Notes: generated by a model from the sequence alone, not told the origin. DNA of 64,000 bases from Phoronis australis (GCA_002633005.1 NMRA01000167.1:612460-676459), one strand, 5' to 3'. Positions 1 through 13,328 are shown, counted from the first letter of the stretch. Numbers and translations are program-made.

Positions 1-2103
1 TCACTACAGTTTTCATTTGGAAGTTTGTTCAAGAACTCGAGAATTTCAAGCGGTCCTTTAAAATATGACTCTTGTAAAAATAATGCAGTAGTTGACCGGT
101 TCTAGCATGTACATTCTCACATTTGCTCGATTTGCGCGCCAGCAAAGACTGTTCATATTTATTGTCAAAAGACTGAAATCCTGACAGCGATCGCTGATTG
201 ACTGATACACATGTATGTCAGTGACGTGTTGATGGGGCATGGACTGGTTAGGCCCTACTTTGACCTGCCATTTTGTGACATTGAGAGTAGAAATAATTTA
301 CTAAATAAAATCGTATTTTCGATACCCTTTCGTTATATTCTTTTAGCCTTTCTTGCCAAAAGCGATTTTTAACAGTATTTGACGATTCTCTGGGAGCGTA
401 TAATTACCAGCAGCCATCGGTTATTTCCGTACCCACATTTCCGGGTGGTCAGTTCAGGAACTTGTCCTGAACGCGGTCATTTTGTCCTTGTACATGTATC
501 TGAATGTGCTATCGCTTGCTCGAAAAGTCTTCATTATTTTGTTTTATTAGTAATTTCTCGTATTTATAGTTTGTAGCTAGTGGTCATTGAGTTTTTTGGA
601 ATGTTACGCGTACTTTTGGTGTTTAGTTCCTGTTATGTGGGGTGGTCGAACCAATATGAGTCGAACCAAATTTTATCTTTCGTTTTGATTTTTTTTTTCG
701 TTTTGAAAAAGTACTTCGCTATTATCGGAAAGGTAGTGCATTTTACTCAGTAAAAATCGAAAAAGTATCAAAATTGAGGCAAGCAGTGTAAAGTTATTGC
801 AATTTTTGTGGCGAAATTTGGGTCACTTTGTTTGGATCGCGTCGGCCATATTGGAGGACAGCGGGATAAGTTACGAGTTTTAAAACTTTGTGTAAATTGT
901 TTTCGCCCAGCAATTTACGGGGTGAAATTTAGTGAGACATATCTTTACTTAATATTCTGCACGATTGAACAGTTTTCACCAAATTTCAGCGTCGCAGTTG
1001 TTTCTTATTAAGTGATAAATGTGCTCACAATTCCCGATGGACTTCGTCTCATTTCTGGCAGCACCGACAACATGGCGACTTTTGCTGAACTGGAAGGCAT
1101 GTTCAATCCTTTACTTTGTAATTTGTGAAAATTTAACGTTGATACATTTTAATAAACGTTGCTACAAAAAAGGAACTTTGTTCAATTTTCGTGTTTTTGT
1201 ACAAAAATATAAGATTCAGTATATTCGAATTATTTTACTGTGAATTTTCCATTCAGGTGATCTTACACCAAGCTAAAAAATAGTTGAAATAATTTTGAAA
1301 TGTTTTTTTTGACTATCAATTGCTGTTCAAGGCTAGATTAGGTGTCACAAAATGATTCGCATTTTTCTAAATTTTAAGTCTAAATTGATTTCAAGTCATG
1401 TTTTGTAACTTATTGCTTTCTTAATTCAGGTTATCAAGTCAACTATATGAAGAATATTAATTAGAGAAATAAGCTATGTTGGATTGTGAATCTTCAAGCC
1501 TCCAATTCTTGTTCCTTGCAACTTCATATTTTTTAAATTATGCTTGTCAAGTTCTGGTGTAAGGAAACACTATTCGGTCACCATGGTAATAGATACATGT
1601 ATGTTCACTTTCATATCATGGGAAATTGTGCTGTTGAATAGTTCTTGTAATGCTTAAATGTTGTAAAGTATTGTGCATTTTAAGTTACTTATTATGGTAA
1701 AAGGTTGAATCATTTTGGCTTAATGAATAAAAAATTATAACATTTTGTATTGGACTTGTCATACTTATGTGCCCCTATTTGGAGAAATGGAAAAGGTTTG
1801 CCTCAGTCAGAGAAGCACGAACTCCGAAAAAAGTAGAAAACAAGACAAAAGTCCACTAGAAGACAGGAAGTATCAAAACTTAGCGTCTACAATTCATAGC
1901 TCTGAACCTACCCACTGAATCTTATAGTAAAAACGTGGACATTCCCAAAAATTCCAGCCCCCCCATTTTTAAGGCTTGGTGCGCTCATGAAAAAGTCTGG
2001 GCAAGTCTCTGTTGAAAGCCAACAACTTTGCACATTTCGTTAGAAGACCCCAAGTTCTAAATAAACCTCGTTTGAGCGAGCGCTGTGACCAGTTAGGCCT
2101 AAG

Positions 2104-2425
2104 CAGTGACGGATTTAGGGGTGGGGGAAAGGGGCTATGGCCCCCTTACAATTGTACCAGATACCATTTGGCAGTTCGGGTGCGAATTGCTGAATATCAC
2201 ATGTGCGCAACCAGGGAGGGGGGGCTCTTGGGGTCAATAAACAGTGCATAGGCCCTGAACAAATCCTGTTTTCCTTTTTTTTAGTCAAAAGGTCCGCGAA
2301 CCCAAAAATTCGAGACCTGCATCCCTACACATTTTAGGCTGGGCTCTCGCATCTGCCGAAATTCTGGTGATTCCTGTGCCCTGCCCCCCCCNNNNNNNNN
2401 NCTCAAAATCCTGGATCCGCCTCTG
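2104..2425. mobile_element. MITE with CAGWGGCGGAT-type TIRs and 5-bp TSD (hAT5-like)
   Basis: Left CAGTGACGGATTTAGGGG, right CCTGGATCCGCCTCTG; CTAAG duplicated at 2099-2103 and 2426-2430; contains the N gap at 2392-2401. Confidence 0.75.
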
Positions 2426-2902
2426 CTAAGGTTAGCCTTGGCGCAAAGCTGCATAGGCCTACAGTGTACTAACAAGCTGTATAGTCTTCACTGGTAGCTG
2501 GCACCGAGGCTAGCTAAGGGCTGCCGCGGCAGTGACACAGGACTAACCAGCCCGTAATTTTATGCAAGTGTCTGAAACTACTTTGAATATATACGGCATT
2601 TAGGATTTGAACATTTTACTTCGACAAAACAGTTTGCAACCGCATGCCTTTACCATTCGCCAGTGTCTGGTTTCGATCCGCACCGGGTCCGATAGGCTGC
2701 GGTCCCGAGTACGGCAAAATAATTTCTGTCAAAATTTGTACGACACATTTCTTCAGCAAATTCGATAAAATTGTCTGTATTTTGGTTTCATTAAAATTAA
2801 GGCACGCTGTCGATTATTTTGTCCCCGTTTGCAGGCTGGTAACAGGCACTGCTCCAGTCGCACTGACGGCGTTTTCTTAGAATGAGTTCCTGAGTGAATT
2901 GT

Positions 2903-2935
2903 ACTTCCGGGTTCGCGGTAAGTTCAAAATGGCGG
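2903..2935 (+). promoter_or_regulatory. Promoter-like motif cluster (ETS ACTTCCGG, donor-like GTAAGT, YY1 CAAAATGGCGG)
   Basis: Three motifs within 33 bp in a locally CpG-rich stretch; no downstream coding exon identified. Confidence 0.3.
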
Positions 2936-4019
2936 TGTGGTCTTCGGGTGCGAATCGTGAGTGGCGCGTTTATAAAAGCTTTATTCAATTACGGATTGTG
3001 TATTAGTTATGGGGAAGGTACTTCTTGGATACTTATAACATCCTTCAACCATGTAATAAGGGTTAACAACGTGAAAATTGTTGACACGGGATGGTTGCAC
3101 CGGGATATTTTAGTCTGACGATAACGATGACTGGGTATCACTTTGTGTTGGTTGGCCTCAAATAAGTATCTCTGGCGACCTGACATTTCATACTAAACAT
3201 CTTATTTCGAAAATGAAGAACGCCACTTGACCGCACGCCAAAATATGACACTGACTTTGCCCCACCAATTACGCCCCGATTTAATTATCTCGATATCCCG
3301 ACTTTATTACCTTGGATTCTCTCAGGAAGTCGAGATCCCGAGCTACATGTAATTTCACTCAATGTGACGCTGAACGTAGTCTTCTGGCGCGTCGCATCGC
3401 CATGCACACCATCTGGATCGACAGCAGAAAGAATGATTCGCTCAGACTCTCCTTCCACTACTAAGCCATTTGTGACACTTGTTTATATAATGACATCGAC
3501 ATTTGTCGATCTATGAAACCAATCACATCATCAATGTCTGAATAATTGTTACGACGCTCGAGTCCTAGTCTTAGCATCAAACGCCGAAGGTGCCTAACGC
3601 TAATAACGATACCAACCAACGCGATTTATTAGCATGTCTACAGTTTCTTTTTGCGACTCAGCCTTAAGTTGAGCAGCTTTCTAACAGCTTCATTTCTATC
3701 CAAATTGGAATCTTTTCGGTAACAGAAAGCAAGGCGTACATAAACATGTATTATGTGACACCGATATTATAATAGTAAGTCCTATTTTTGTTTTTTGTTC
3801 TTCAGCCAGCAAAACTAATAATACTGTAGTTTTAAGCGGAAAGAGTGTCCTTAAAATCTTCCCATAAACATCCGACACATCTAAGCTCTGTCCTGTCCAC
3901 GTTACCTGGGCTCGGAGCTCTAATATAAGCGTGTTGTCTTTGATTTTCTGTTGCTATGATGCGTCCTGAAAGCTCTACAGTACACTCTGTGGGTCAAGAT
4001 TTGTAGATTACCTTAACTA

Positions 4020-4066
4020 GTTGACCTGAGGATGATGTTTGAGACATCGAAACATGTTGAAGTTGA
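4020..4066 (+). ncRNA. Degenerate minimal hammerhead ribozyme motif of Penelope-like type
   Basis: CTGAGGA-T-GATGT-ttgag-ACATC-GAAA-CATGTT: core boxes, paired stem II and palindromic stem III present; stem I poorly paired. Confidence 0.4.
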
Positions 4067-5486
4067 TAATCTTAATATTGTCACTTACATGTACTTGTCG
4101 TTCGTTGATACATTAAGTGTTTTAGCCTGTTTTGTGCCAGGTAGGATTGCATGTGCTTTACAAACGTTGAAAGGTTGAGTCATCTTCTCTATTACGTACA
4201 TGTAAAATGTAGAATTTTTCTAGTGCAACTGCCATTTGATTTATTTGGTAATGGGGTATGCCCATCCCAATGTCATGACCCAGAAATATGAGGTTTTAAG
4301 GAGTACGAGTGAAAAATGCATTTGCGAAAATTTATTCTTGGACTGTAGTATAAGTAGGAACTGCCAATTTTAATACTACAGTTTTGCCCGTGTGGTTCTC
4401 GACTATTTTCTGCTCAAGGATGATGCTGAAAAATTAAATTACCTATAGAACAATTATTTTCTTGTTCAAAATGCCTGCAGCCCATAATACACACAGTTGT
4501 ACAATATACTACGTTACGTTATCAAAATACATGTAGCCTCTTCTTTTACCAGCTGTCAACAGTCACATACATGTACGTAGCAATTTTTAATTTGTTCCCG
4601 TCAAAACTTGAGAGCCCCTGAGATTTCAGCATTGTCCGACTGAGGCCGACCGAGCCAAATCTCTGGAACTTTTTTGGTGTGCCGTTTTTTTGTTTTTTTT
4701 TCTTCACCGACAGGCCTCTTAACTGCCCCGGACCCCTGGGCTGTTGGTCTTCCTGTTTACCCCCTCGTTACACCCCTGACGATGAATTCAATTTAATTGG
4801 CATCATGTATTTAACCAAATTTCTTCGAGTATTCGTTGTGGAAACCATGAACTACGTGTCTTAGGTGAGACCGGTGGGAATTTGAAAACAGACTACGTTC
4901 ATATGGCATTACCCTTCCTATTGCAGACGAACTGCATTGAACCAACGTGTGCCACCCTGACAAAAAACAACATTCAAATGTATGTTACATGCAAAACCAG
5001 TGATACAAAAATCGACAACTTCACACATGCTTACAGGTAATACAGTCAAAAAACTTGAAAACACACCAAACACAGGTGGCGCTCTAAACTGGCACAGGAA
5101 CATCAATCAACAAAAAGCAGTGTGTAGTACTAACTACGCTTTTAATACAAATATGTTGGCTATTTTTTACCAATAATCTATAAAGCTACGCGACATGCAT
5201 TCACCAATGATCCGGTTTTGTTGTTATATTTTCAAGTATTTTTTAAAACCTTTTAGACAAAAACAGATGTGAAGTAATGACGCCATTTCAAAGTTACAGA
5301 AGTAACAACAACGATAGTTGAGCTCGACGTTTTTACCACGCTGTCAAAACCTATGGTAGACCTGTACTAAACACGAACATTGCGTGAAAAAACAAACAGT
5401 GATCAAATAAGTTATTTGATCCGTTTTTGGATGCTAATATAAAGGACTCCTTTAAGTAACTATAATTCAGGCAACCTAGATTAAAG

Positions 5487-5740
5487 TTATCGGTTATCAT
5501 GAACCAAGTCCAGTAACCCCACAGAAAGGTCATTGGTCTCGTTCAAGGTGCTTGGCATGTCAATGCCATTTTCATTGGGCAACAAGTCAAATAGTTCGTG
5601 GTATTGTTCATCGCAATCAGGTACTGGACGTTTAAGAAACCCATTCAGGACACCAAGTCCATCTCTGCCGACGCCATGTAAGCTCTCCTCGCCTCCAAAC
5701 AATTCGGGCACGTGATAGATCATGTGGTGTATTCTGGTTA
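5487..5740 (-). mobile_element. C-terminal remnant of an animal integrase-core-domain transposon-like protein
   Basis: Translation RIPHMIYHVPELFGGEE...PDCDEQYHELFDLL..ENGIDMPST resembles the recalled P..Y..PEL.G / CDE..ELC...EN...P C-terminus of this family; recognised by eye only. Confidence 0.4.
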
Positions 5741-5949
5741 TGTTAAGTGATTTTCTAATAGCATGCGTATTCCTCAGTTGTGGGAAATGTTTAGTTTTCG
5801 TTTATCGTAGGCCAAGTATGAGAGAAGTCCTATTTATTACAGTAATAATTCTTTAGCCATTCAGTAGTCAGGTACAATAACTGTAATAAATAGTTCTTAC
5901 TGTCATTAATATTTATTCCTGAAATGAATATTTATTACTGGAGTAAATC

Positions 5950-7400
5950 GACCAGTCAGATGCCCGGAATAATTACGGAAATAAATACATCGGACCTATG
6001 TCGCACTCGGCCTAGTACAGGCCAAGTGCGACATAAGCCCGATTTATTACTGAAATAATTTCCCAAACAATCAAGTATATGTGAAAGTTTAGCAAAACTG
6101 AATATCCCTATTTGTTGGTACCGGATAATGATGTTAACTTCCAATTTGGTGAGATCTAAAATATTTTTGTTCCGGTCTTTTGAAGAAGGCATTAACAACG
6201 AAGAATTGTCCACAACCCCAAAACAGGTATTGTCCCAATTATACCAAAAGAAAATAAGACAAGAGAATATATTAAGAACTGGCGACCACTTTCGCTATTG
6301 AATATATAGTTTATAAGATTGTTTCTCTGTGTACTGCAAGACTTCTCAAGTGTTCTTGAACCCATTATTCGTGGGAATCTACAAGCTTTCATGAAAGGCA
6401 GGTGTAGAGGGGAAATGATTAGAATTGTATTGGACGTGATAGAGTTGTGGGATTCCAAATCTCTTCCTGAACTCCTCATAATGATTGATTATGAAAAAAC
6501 GTTCGGTCTTTTATACAGGCATTGTCGTACTTTAATTTTGGCCCAAGGCTCATAAGCATGGTAAAAACTTTCTACAACAAATCCAGTCTCCGTGTTCTCC
6601 AACATGGAGTTTTCTCTGATTTTTTTGAAATCGGGAGAGGCTGTTGTCAAGGTGACCCCATTTCATTTTACCTATTTGTATTTTGTGTAGAAACTTTAGG
6701 TAATCTAATTCTACATGATGGTGGCATTACTGGTGTGCAGTTTGGAAATTCCGAGTTTAAACTGGTTCAGTACGCCGACGACATTTGTTTAGTTTTGGAC
6801 GGCTCTGAATTATCTTTGATATGGTTTTTAAATTTACTGACCATTTTGTAAAATTTTCTGGTTTGAAGCCAAATATTGAGAAAACAAAATGTGTTTGGGT
6901 TGGACAGCAATAAAAAAAAACTTTGCGTTACTGAAAAATTGTTATGGACTAACAATCCCGTTATACTTCGTGGGATTTCTCTCTCCACTAATTGTAATAT
7001 TATGCTACATATTAGATATACAAATAGGCTTCCAGAAATAAAAAGTTAATGACATGTCGGTCAAGAAGAATTCTTACTGTATTAGGCAATGTAAATGTGG
7101 TCAAGACAATTTTATTGCCCAAAATAGTTCATCTAGTACAACCCCTTCCTAGTCCTTCTGCTGATATCATTTTGGAATTAGAGATGAATTTCTTCACTTC
7201 ATATTTGGACAGGGAAAAAGACAATGTTAGCCGAAAAGAAATTGTACAAAGACAGGATAACCGTGGTTTGAAAATGGTTCATGTTCTATTTTTTATTATT
7301 TGAAAATTTCTAGGTTTGGTAGGCTATTCACCTTTGATACCATCTACGACTTTTCAGAAGCTGTTCTTAGTTGTAGAATAAGTTTTTCAAAATGGGAGCT
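5950..7400 (+). mobile_element. Degenerate L1/Tx1-clade LINE reverse transcriptase fragment
   Basis: Frameshifted peptides GIVPIIPKENK..KNWRPLSLLN, MIDYEK, GRGCCQGDPIS, QYADD, LTVLGNVNVVKTILLPK. Confidence 0.85.
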
Positions 7401-8101
7401 GTTTTCCTTAAAAAATAGGCCACCGATCATCGACTTCAAACAGATGTCCCTCCGAGGTTTCATTTTGAGTGTTTGACTTTTACGGCACGTGAAGGACAAA
7501 CAAAGCGCAATGTGAAATCAATTAACATTTTGCGTCGTTTGCAAGCAAATTATAATGGCATCTCACCCACAGGGATCTTCCCAATGAAAGACATTAATCA
7601 ACCCCAAAATGCACGTTTGTTTTTAAACTCCTGATTCCTGTAGAGCTACCACTAAGACCTACTAGCCACTCTTAATCAAACTAATCTTTAGATGTAAGAC
7701 AACTGAACCTCATAATAACATGTAAAAAGGTATTTGATCATTGTGCAGTGTGAAGAAATAATTATTGTTGTATTATACAAATCACTAATTATTTTAAGGA
7801 CACGCTGCATGGGATTACCCACTTGTCTTTGAGGGCCGTGCTGGAAAACGATCATTGACTGAGCAGGTGAGGTTCTCGAGACATACAGTATTAGAACAAG
7901 TAAATACACCAGCAGTTAGTCCACGAGGAGCTCTCTTCTTGGAGGCTCCTTCAGAACTCTCCCGTAGTTCATAATATAGACAGTCGTGACACTGAATATA
8001 TGACAACTTCATTCACATTGATACGTCTTTTGTTATACGAGACCGACCGGTACAATTCATATTTTCTCCATTAAACGTCACGTGAACCCGGCTTGGACGG
8101 T

Positions 8102-8142
8102 TTACTCCGCGCAACCCGGCTTGCCAGTTTTGCAGGATCCAA
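8102..8142 (-). CDS. Candidate terminal exon of the PAN-TLDc gene ((V)GSCKTGKPGCAE*)
   Basis: Acceptor tgtttcag (AG at 8143-8144); in phase 1 continues the TLDc exon to TAA at 8102-8104; short and unverified. Confidence 0.35.
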
Positions 8143-9416
8143 CTGAAACATTCAGATACAATATTACAACATCACCTGTATCAGGAAGACATTACCATGA
8201 AGCGTCAATTGTTTTGGTGCATTTTAACGTGTTTTCAAATGTGGTTTAAAAGGGGGGGGGGGCTGTGCCAGTTGATCACAATCCAACAGACACTGTGAAT
8301 TTATGCTGAAGTCTTTACCTACAAAATAGCACCATGTTTTATACAGTACCAATGACGCTGGGGCACATTGACTTTGCCATAGTTTACCCGTGCCATAGAA
8401 GTCTACACATGGGATGCCAACTCCTGCACGTGACCTATATTTTTTTCTGTAACCTCTTGCTATCCCAGAGGTACGAGCCGCGACTTCGCACTGTGATTTG
8501 AGGGTTGTCTGTTTTACTAAGTTTTGAGCGAGTCTTTGTCAAATCATACCTAATTTCATTGCATCATTTTCTCCTTGTCGATTTGTTGTTTATGGAATAA
8601 TCAAGCAAGACTCTTGAGTTACTGTCCCAGACAACCAGAGATTTCTCGGCAAAATTACATGACACCCAACAAACACACAAATCACTATGGTCATTGTTTA
8701 AGCGCACCTACCCGCAGCCCTTGCTTGACTCAATTCTCCATTTTGTAATATTTTTGTCTTTATCTGATATCGATCCTTTGAATCAACGAATATTTATCTG
8801 TTGGCGTTACTATTCATTTGCGTAATTTCTAAATCTGTACGTCATTTCCTTGTTATGTAACTAAAACACCACAAATTAATTGACATTACAAGTTAATTAG
8901 GTTACCGTTGTGTTAATTAATCATCCAATTAGTGAATGAAGGATTACATTATTGACTGGTATTTTTCGTAGCTATCATACACTGAAAAGCTTATAATGGT
9001 AAAGTGTCTTTCAGACGTGTTCCAGACCAGTCCTCTATTCAAGGCGGGCATTTCTGAAAAACACATGAGCGTAGTAGTCGGAAATGAAAAATAACCGTGA
9101 CTGTAGCTTTTAGTGAATTTCAATTTTTGAATACTTCAAAAGACATTGAAATTTTGCTTTCTGACAAACAGGTTTTGACAGAGGCCACTTAACGTTACAG
9201 TTGGTCTGTATTTGCTCCTTAGTCAAAACGTGTGTGATTTCTGCCCTTGGGAAGAACTGCCGGTTCGTTATCATTTCCAACCAATTTCATAAAATTTCAG
9301 GTCACGCCGGGTCTGACATTTCCTGGGCTTGACCTGAAGAAATAGCAAACTGTCGATTCTTCCAGAGCCCAAACATTACCTTTAAATTTCATAGGCGAGC
9401 GAGACTGAAGTCTTAC

Positions 9417-9938
9417 CAACAACGCTCCACACCTCAACGTCGGTCCATTTGACATTGCTTCCACAGTCGAGTGTGCCGTTGTAGGAGTGATGATTGCAGT
9501 AGCCGTTAGACGGGAAGTACTTGTTGGTGCTGTCATACGAGTAGCTACCACTGAAGAACTGCAGGTCGATACCCCCGCCAAAGGTTGGACCAAACGTGGA
9601 GTAATCGCTCAGAGCGTATTGTTGTTGATACTTGTACTGATTGTACCTGGCTGATGTACATCCTTGTCCACACAGCCGAAACACGAATGCGTTGCTGTCG
9701 CGCTTGCTGCCGCTGTAACTTGTCCAGGACACAGAGGCATATCCACCAAACGTGGTGCCACTACTGAAATCTTTCCCGATAGCTATGGTGGCACCTTTAC
9801 CGTCACATTTATCGTGGAACCTAGACCCCGACATGCCGTCTACCGTTGCCCTGTAAAGGAGCCTGAATTCTTTACCTGGCAACCAATGCGACAACAATGA
9901 CACGTCGTCTGATGTTAACAGCTTTGAGTCTCTTATGT
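9417..9938 (-). CDS. TLDc-domain exon (phase 1-1)
   Basis: LLYRATVDG..FHDKCDGKGATI..FGGY..W..DSNAFVF..GPTFGGG.DL..DVEVW; acceptor tatttcag, donor G|GTAAGA; alternatively reads through to stop at 9382. Confidence 0.88.
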
Positions 9939-12900
9939 CTGAAATATAGTCAAGGTGATCATGGAAAACAATTAAAAGACTAGGACACAGTGAGGGCGAC
10001 GTATGCGAATTGGTCCCGTATGGCACGCGCACGCTCAATTACTATTGGTTTAATAGTGCAAACTTGATTATTTTGATAAAAAATGGTTTGGCGCGTAAAA
10101 AATCAGCACGTACATGTATCACGGGCTTGTCGTTTTACTAATCGTACAGTGAGTGTACTTTGAACCTGCTGCACGTAAATCAATAGAGAACTTCTGCCTC
10201 TATCTTGGAATTAAGTATTTGGGTATTTTTGGAAGGACAAAAGTCATTAAAATTCTCTTAGCATGAACTATTTTCCACACTCAAACACAAATCTGTCAAG
10301 AGGCCGTTGACTTTTAAGCCTGTAGGACTGAGCTCAACAGACTTTTTAGCCGTTACCCCGCTGCGCTGCATCTGAAATGCAAAGAAGTCCTTGTACGTAC
10401 ACAACAGTTGAGGTTACACCCAGTGCAGGATTTACGCTCTCGAAGTCTTTGACATTTTCGTTAGGCTGTCCTCAGTTTGTAATTTCTAAGCTCTTGAATG
10501 CCAGTGCGACATGCGATCATCGTGGTGTGGGAATTTAAAGCTACCGAGAAAATAAGAGACGATCTTATAAAAGTAAAAACCCGCTAAAGTGGGCGAACTG
10601 AAGGTTTAAGTGTAAAGATGGCATGAATTATTAGTAACTAACGCCAAGCCTTATCTGTATAGATACAAAACAAAGTATAAGTCACTAATTAGTGGATTAT
10701 AAATAATTGTATGAATATTAGTGATACCACAGTTCATATTCCCGTATAGCGAAATGTAGCGACGTAATCGTCTTCTTGAAATTGATGCGCCCATGAGGTT
10801 AAACACTGTGCCTTCTTATAAACGCAAAACAGCTCCAAAAGTGGGCGATAAAAATCGTGTTACAAATTTTTAGCTCTATTAATTGCATACATTCTTTCAG
10901 TGGGAATGAAAGAAATTACACTCAATATGTTTCTTCTTAGATTAATATCCAGTGCTTGAAGTTCCGAGATTATACATTGTGTACCATTTGATATTGGATA
11001 TCGTGTTACGGTTAAGTATGCCTTCATACCTGCAGACAAACCTGAGGCGAATATTCAGAACGTGTCAGTTTAGAGACCACACAGTCAACTATACATGTAT
11101 CTACCCGGGCATACATCTGTATATTATTTGGAAATGACAAAGAATCGCTCAAATGTATTCATACACTAGCCGGAACGCAAATTGAAACTATTGTGGATAT
11201 ATGATTGTTCCTACTGGTACATGTAAGCTTTTATTGTTCTAAAAGTTATTTTAGGTACAATTTTGTGTCCATTCACTGCAAAACCTACGAAGATATCCGG
11301 GATTCAATGGCGTATGTTTTCTTAATATACGGACTGAGCGAATCAGCGAATTTAATTTTCTCAATGAGCGATTATAAAAATGGGCCTGTCTGCAGAAAAT
11401 TGGTTGTTTCTGAAATGACGTAGCCGATTTGTACAAAGTTCTTCAAAACCTTATTAGTGATTTAACATGATTCTATTTATGATGACAAGCAAACAGAAAT
11501 TGATTAAAAGAAAGAATACGGTAATAAAAATATTTACAGAGTTTTGAAATTCATTCTTGAATATTTATATCAAACTTGCCAATGGGGTTTTGTTGAGCAT
11601 TTATCTTTCATTTACCTGAATTCACTTGAAGGCGTGACCGCAATATTCAATTACAAGTATTTCGGAATAAATTTAAAAATACAAAGGCTTCATTCTTTCA
11701 GAAAATACAATTTAACAAGATTTTTTTATGAATTTGATGACATTCGGGTGGACGGACATAACATTATCTGCAATTCTTAAAGAGCAAAGATGTTTATTTA
11801 TGCTTGGTATGATATTTTGAAAAGATGTGTCTCAAATTTATTCACGATTATATCAGCGTTATAACAACTAATTTTCTGTCTAAGGGATATTTGTAATTAT
11901 TGAAAAACAATTTGGACGTGTTAAGAATGCAGAATTAATACATGACTATAAATTGTATTTGAGATTCAAACGGAGTGGAGACATTGATGAGGTCATTCCA
12001 TTGTAAAATGAAATCTAATTAAATCAGTATTGAACCCATTTACAAAACAGTTTCGAAGAGGTATTTAGTGTCAAATATAAAATTCTTATCATGTATATTT
12101 GCTCTACCAAAGCAAATTCATCGGGTTGTCACTGGTTGTTTAAATTGTAAATTGGTTAAGACTCCTGGACTTCTTGTGATGTCTGCATCACCATGGCAAC
12201 TGAAACTGACCCACCTCGACAAGCAACTTGATATGCTCGTTCTGCTGAAGCAATTACGACCTGACGGGTCGTCTCAAAGAGCCTCGACATCGATTTGATT
12301 CCGAGTAGAGGACAAGATGAAGCCGATTTTCTGATGACACGAGGCTGAGATCAAAAGCTTTTCTCAGTACATTTATTGTCTTTTGATAGGAAAATCCAAC
12401 GTTCATGAATGCAATTCACACGGTCACAACCACAGGCTACGCTGAAGGATTCAAATCCCACTAAAGTAATTTACGCCTATTTTTACACTATTCACTATTA
12501 CAATTCACCTGTCTCAATTTCAGTCAATGTAGGGCAGAAGTGACGATTTGCAACAGCGTAGCAAAATGCAACATATTTTGCTAATTGAGAAAATACCTGG
12601 TAGAGGATAGATGACACAGTCTACACGTTCTGATAACTGGCCAGAGAAATGACACCGGGTGCTCAGAAACGAAGTCCGTGTCTCACAGGCAGCAAGAGCA
12701 CAGAATATTCACATCAACATAATAACTGCTATCTACATATATTTCACTGCGTGACGGCAACACATTTATAATCTCTCTGTCCTCATTTACTGCACCGGTG
12801 TTTGTTCGTTCAAAATGCGCAGCTTTGATGTGATATAGCAATCGAGTTACTCAACTCACGTGATTTTCCACATAATGGCGTCAATATAGTCGGGAACTTG

Positions 12901-12991
12901 ATTTTATTTTGCACTTGCACGTACGAAGCCGGCTGGGCGCCTTCTGTCGTTAACGACGAAGGCGCCTGTAACAAAGTGCCAAAATACTCAC

Positions 12992-13328
12992 CTGTACAAC
13001 TTCCTGCGTTGTTAGACTCCTTTCTGTAGTACGTCCAGCCATTTGCAGTTACCAGCGTTCCTTGCAAATAATCCATGCAGTATCTGTGACAGAGTTTCTC
13101 ACATTCGTTAAATGCAAAGGCATCGCACGATTCGTCACGAGAACACTCGGCAGCACATATTAACAAGCTGTGGATCGGGTTTGGAACAACAGTGGTGTTC
13201 GAGCAGTCCATGCGCTTGTTTTTGGCCCCGTTGCTGTAATACACTCCCTTGTTTTGCCCCTCAATGAGGGTAAAAGACAATGCTTCAAACACAAAAAAGG
13301 TTACATGTAAGGCATTAAATAGAGACAT
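12992..13328 (-). CDS. Signal peptide + PAN/apple-domain first coding exon (copy A)
   Basis: MSLFNALHVTFFVFEALSFTLIEG leader; CAAECSRDESCDAFAF...C...GW.YY PAN pattern; donor ACAG|GTGAGT, phase 1. Confidence 0.8.

Noticed and set aside
9939-10038. N-terminal part of the 218-aa TLDc ORF
   Set aside because: Non-ATG start and intron-like sequence upstream of a good acceptor
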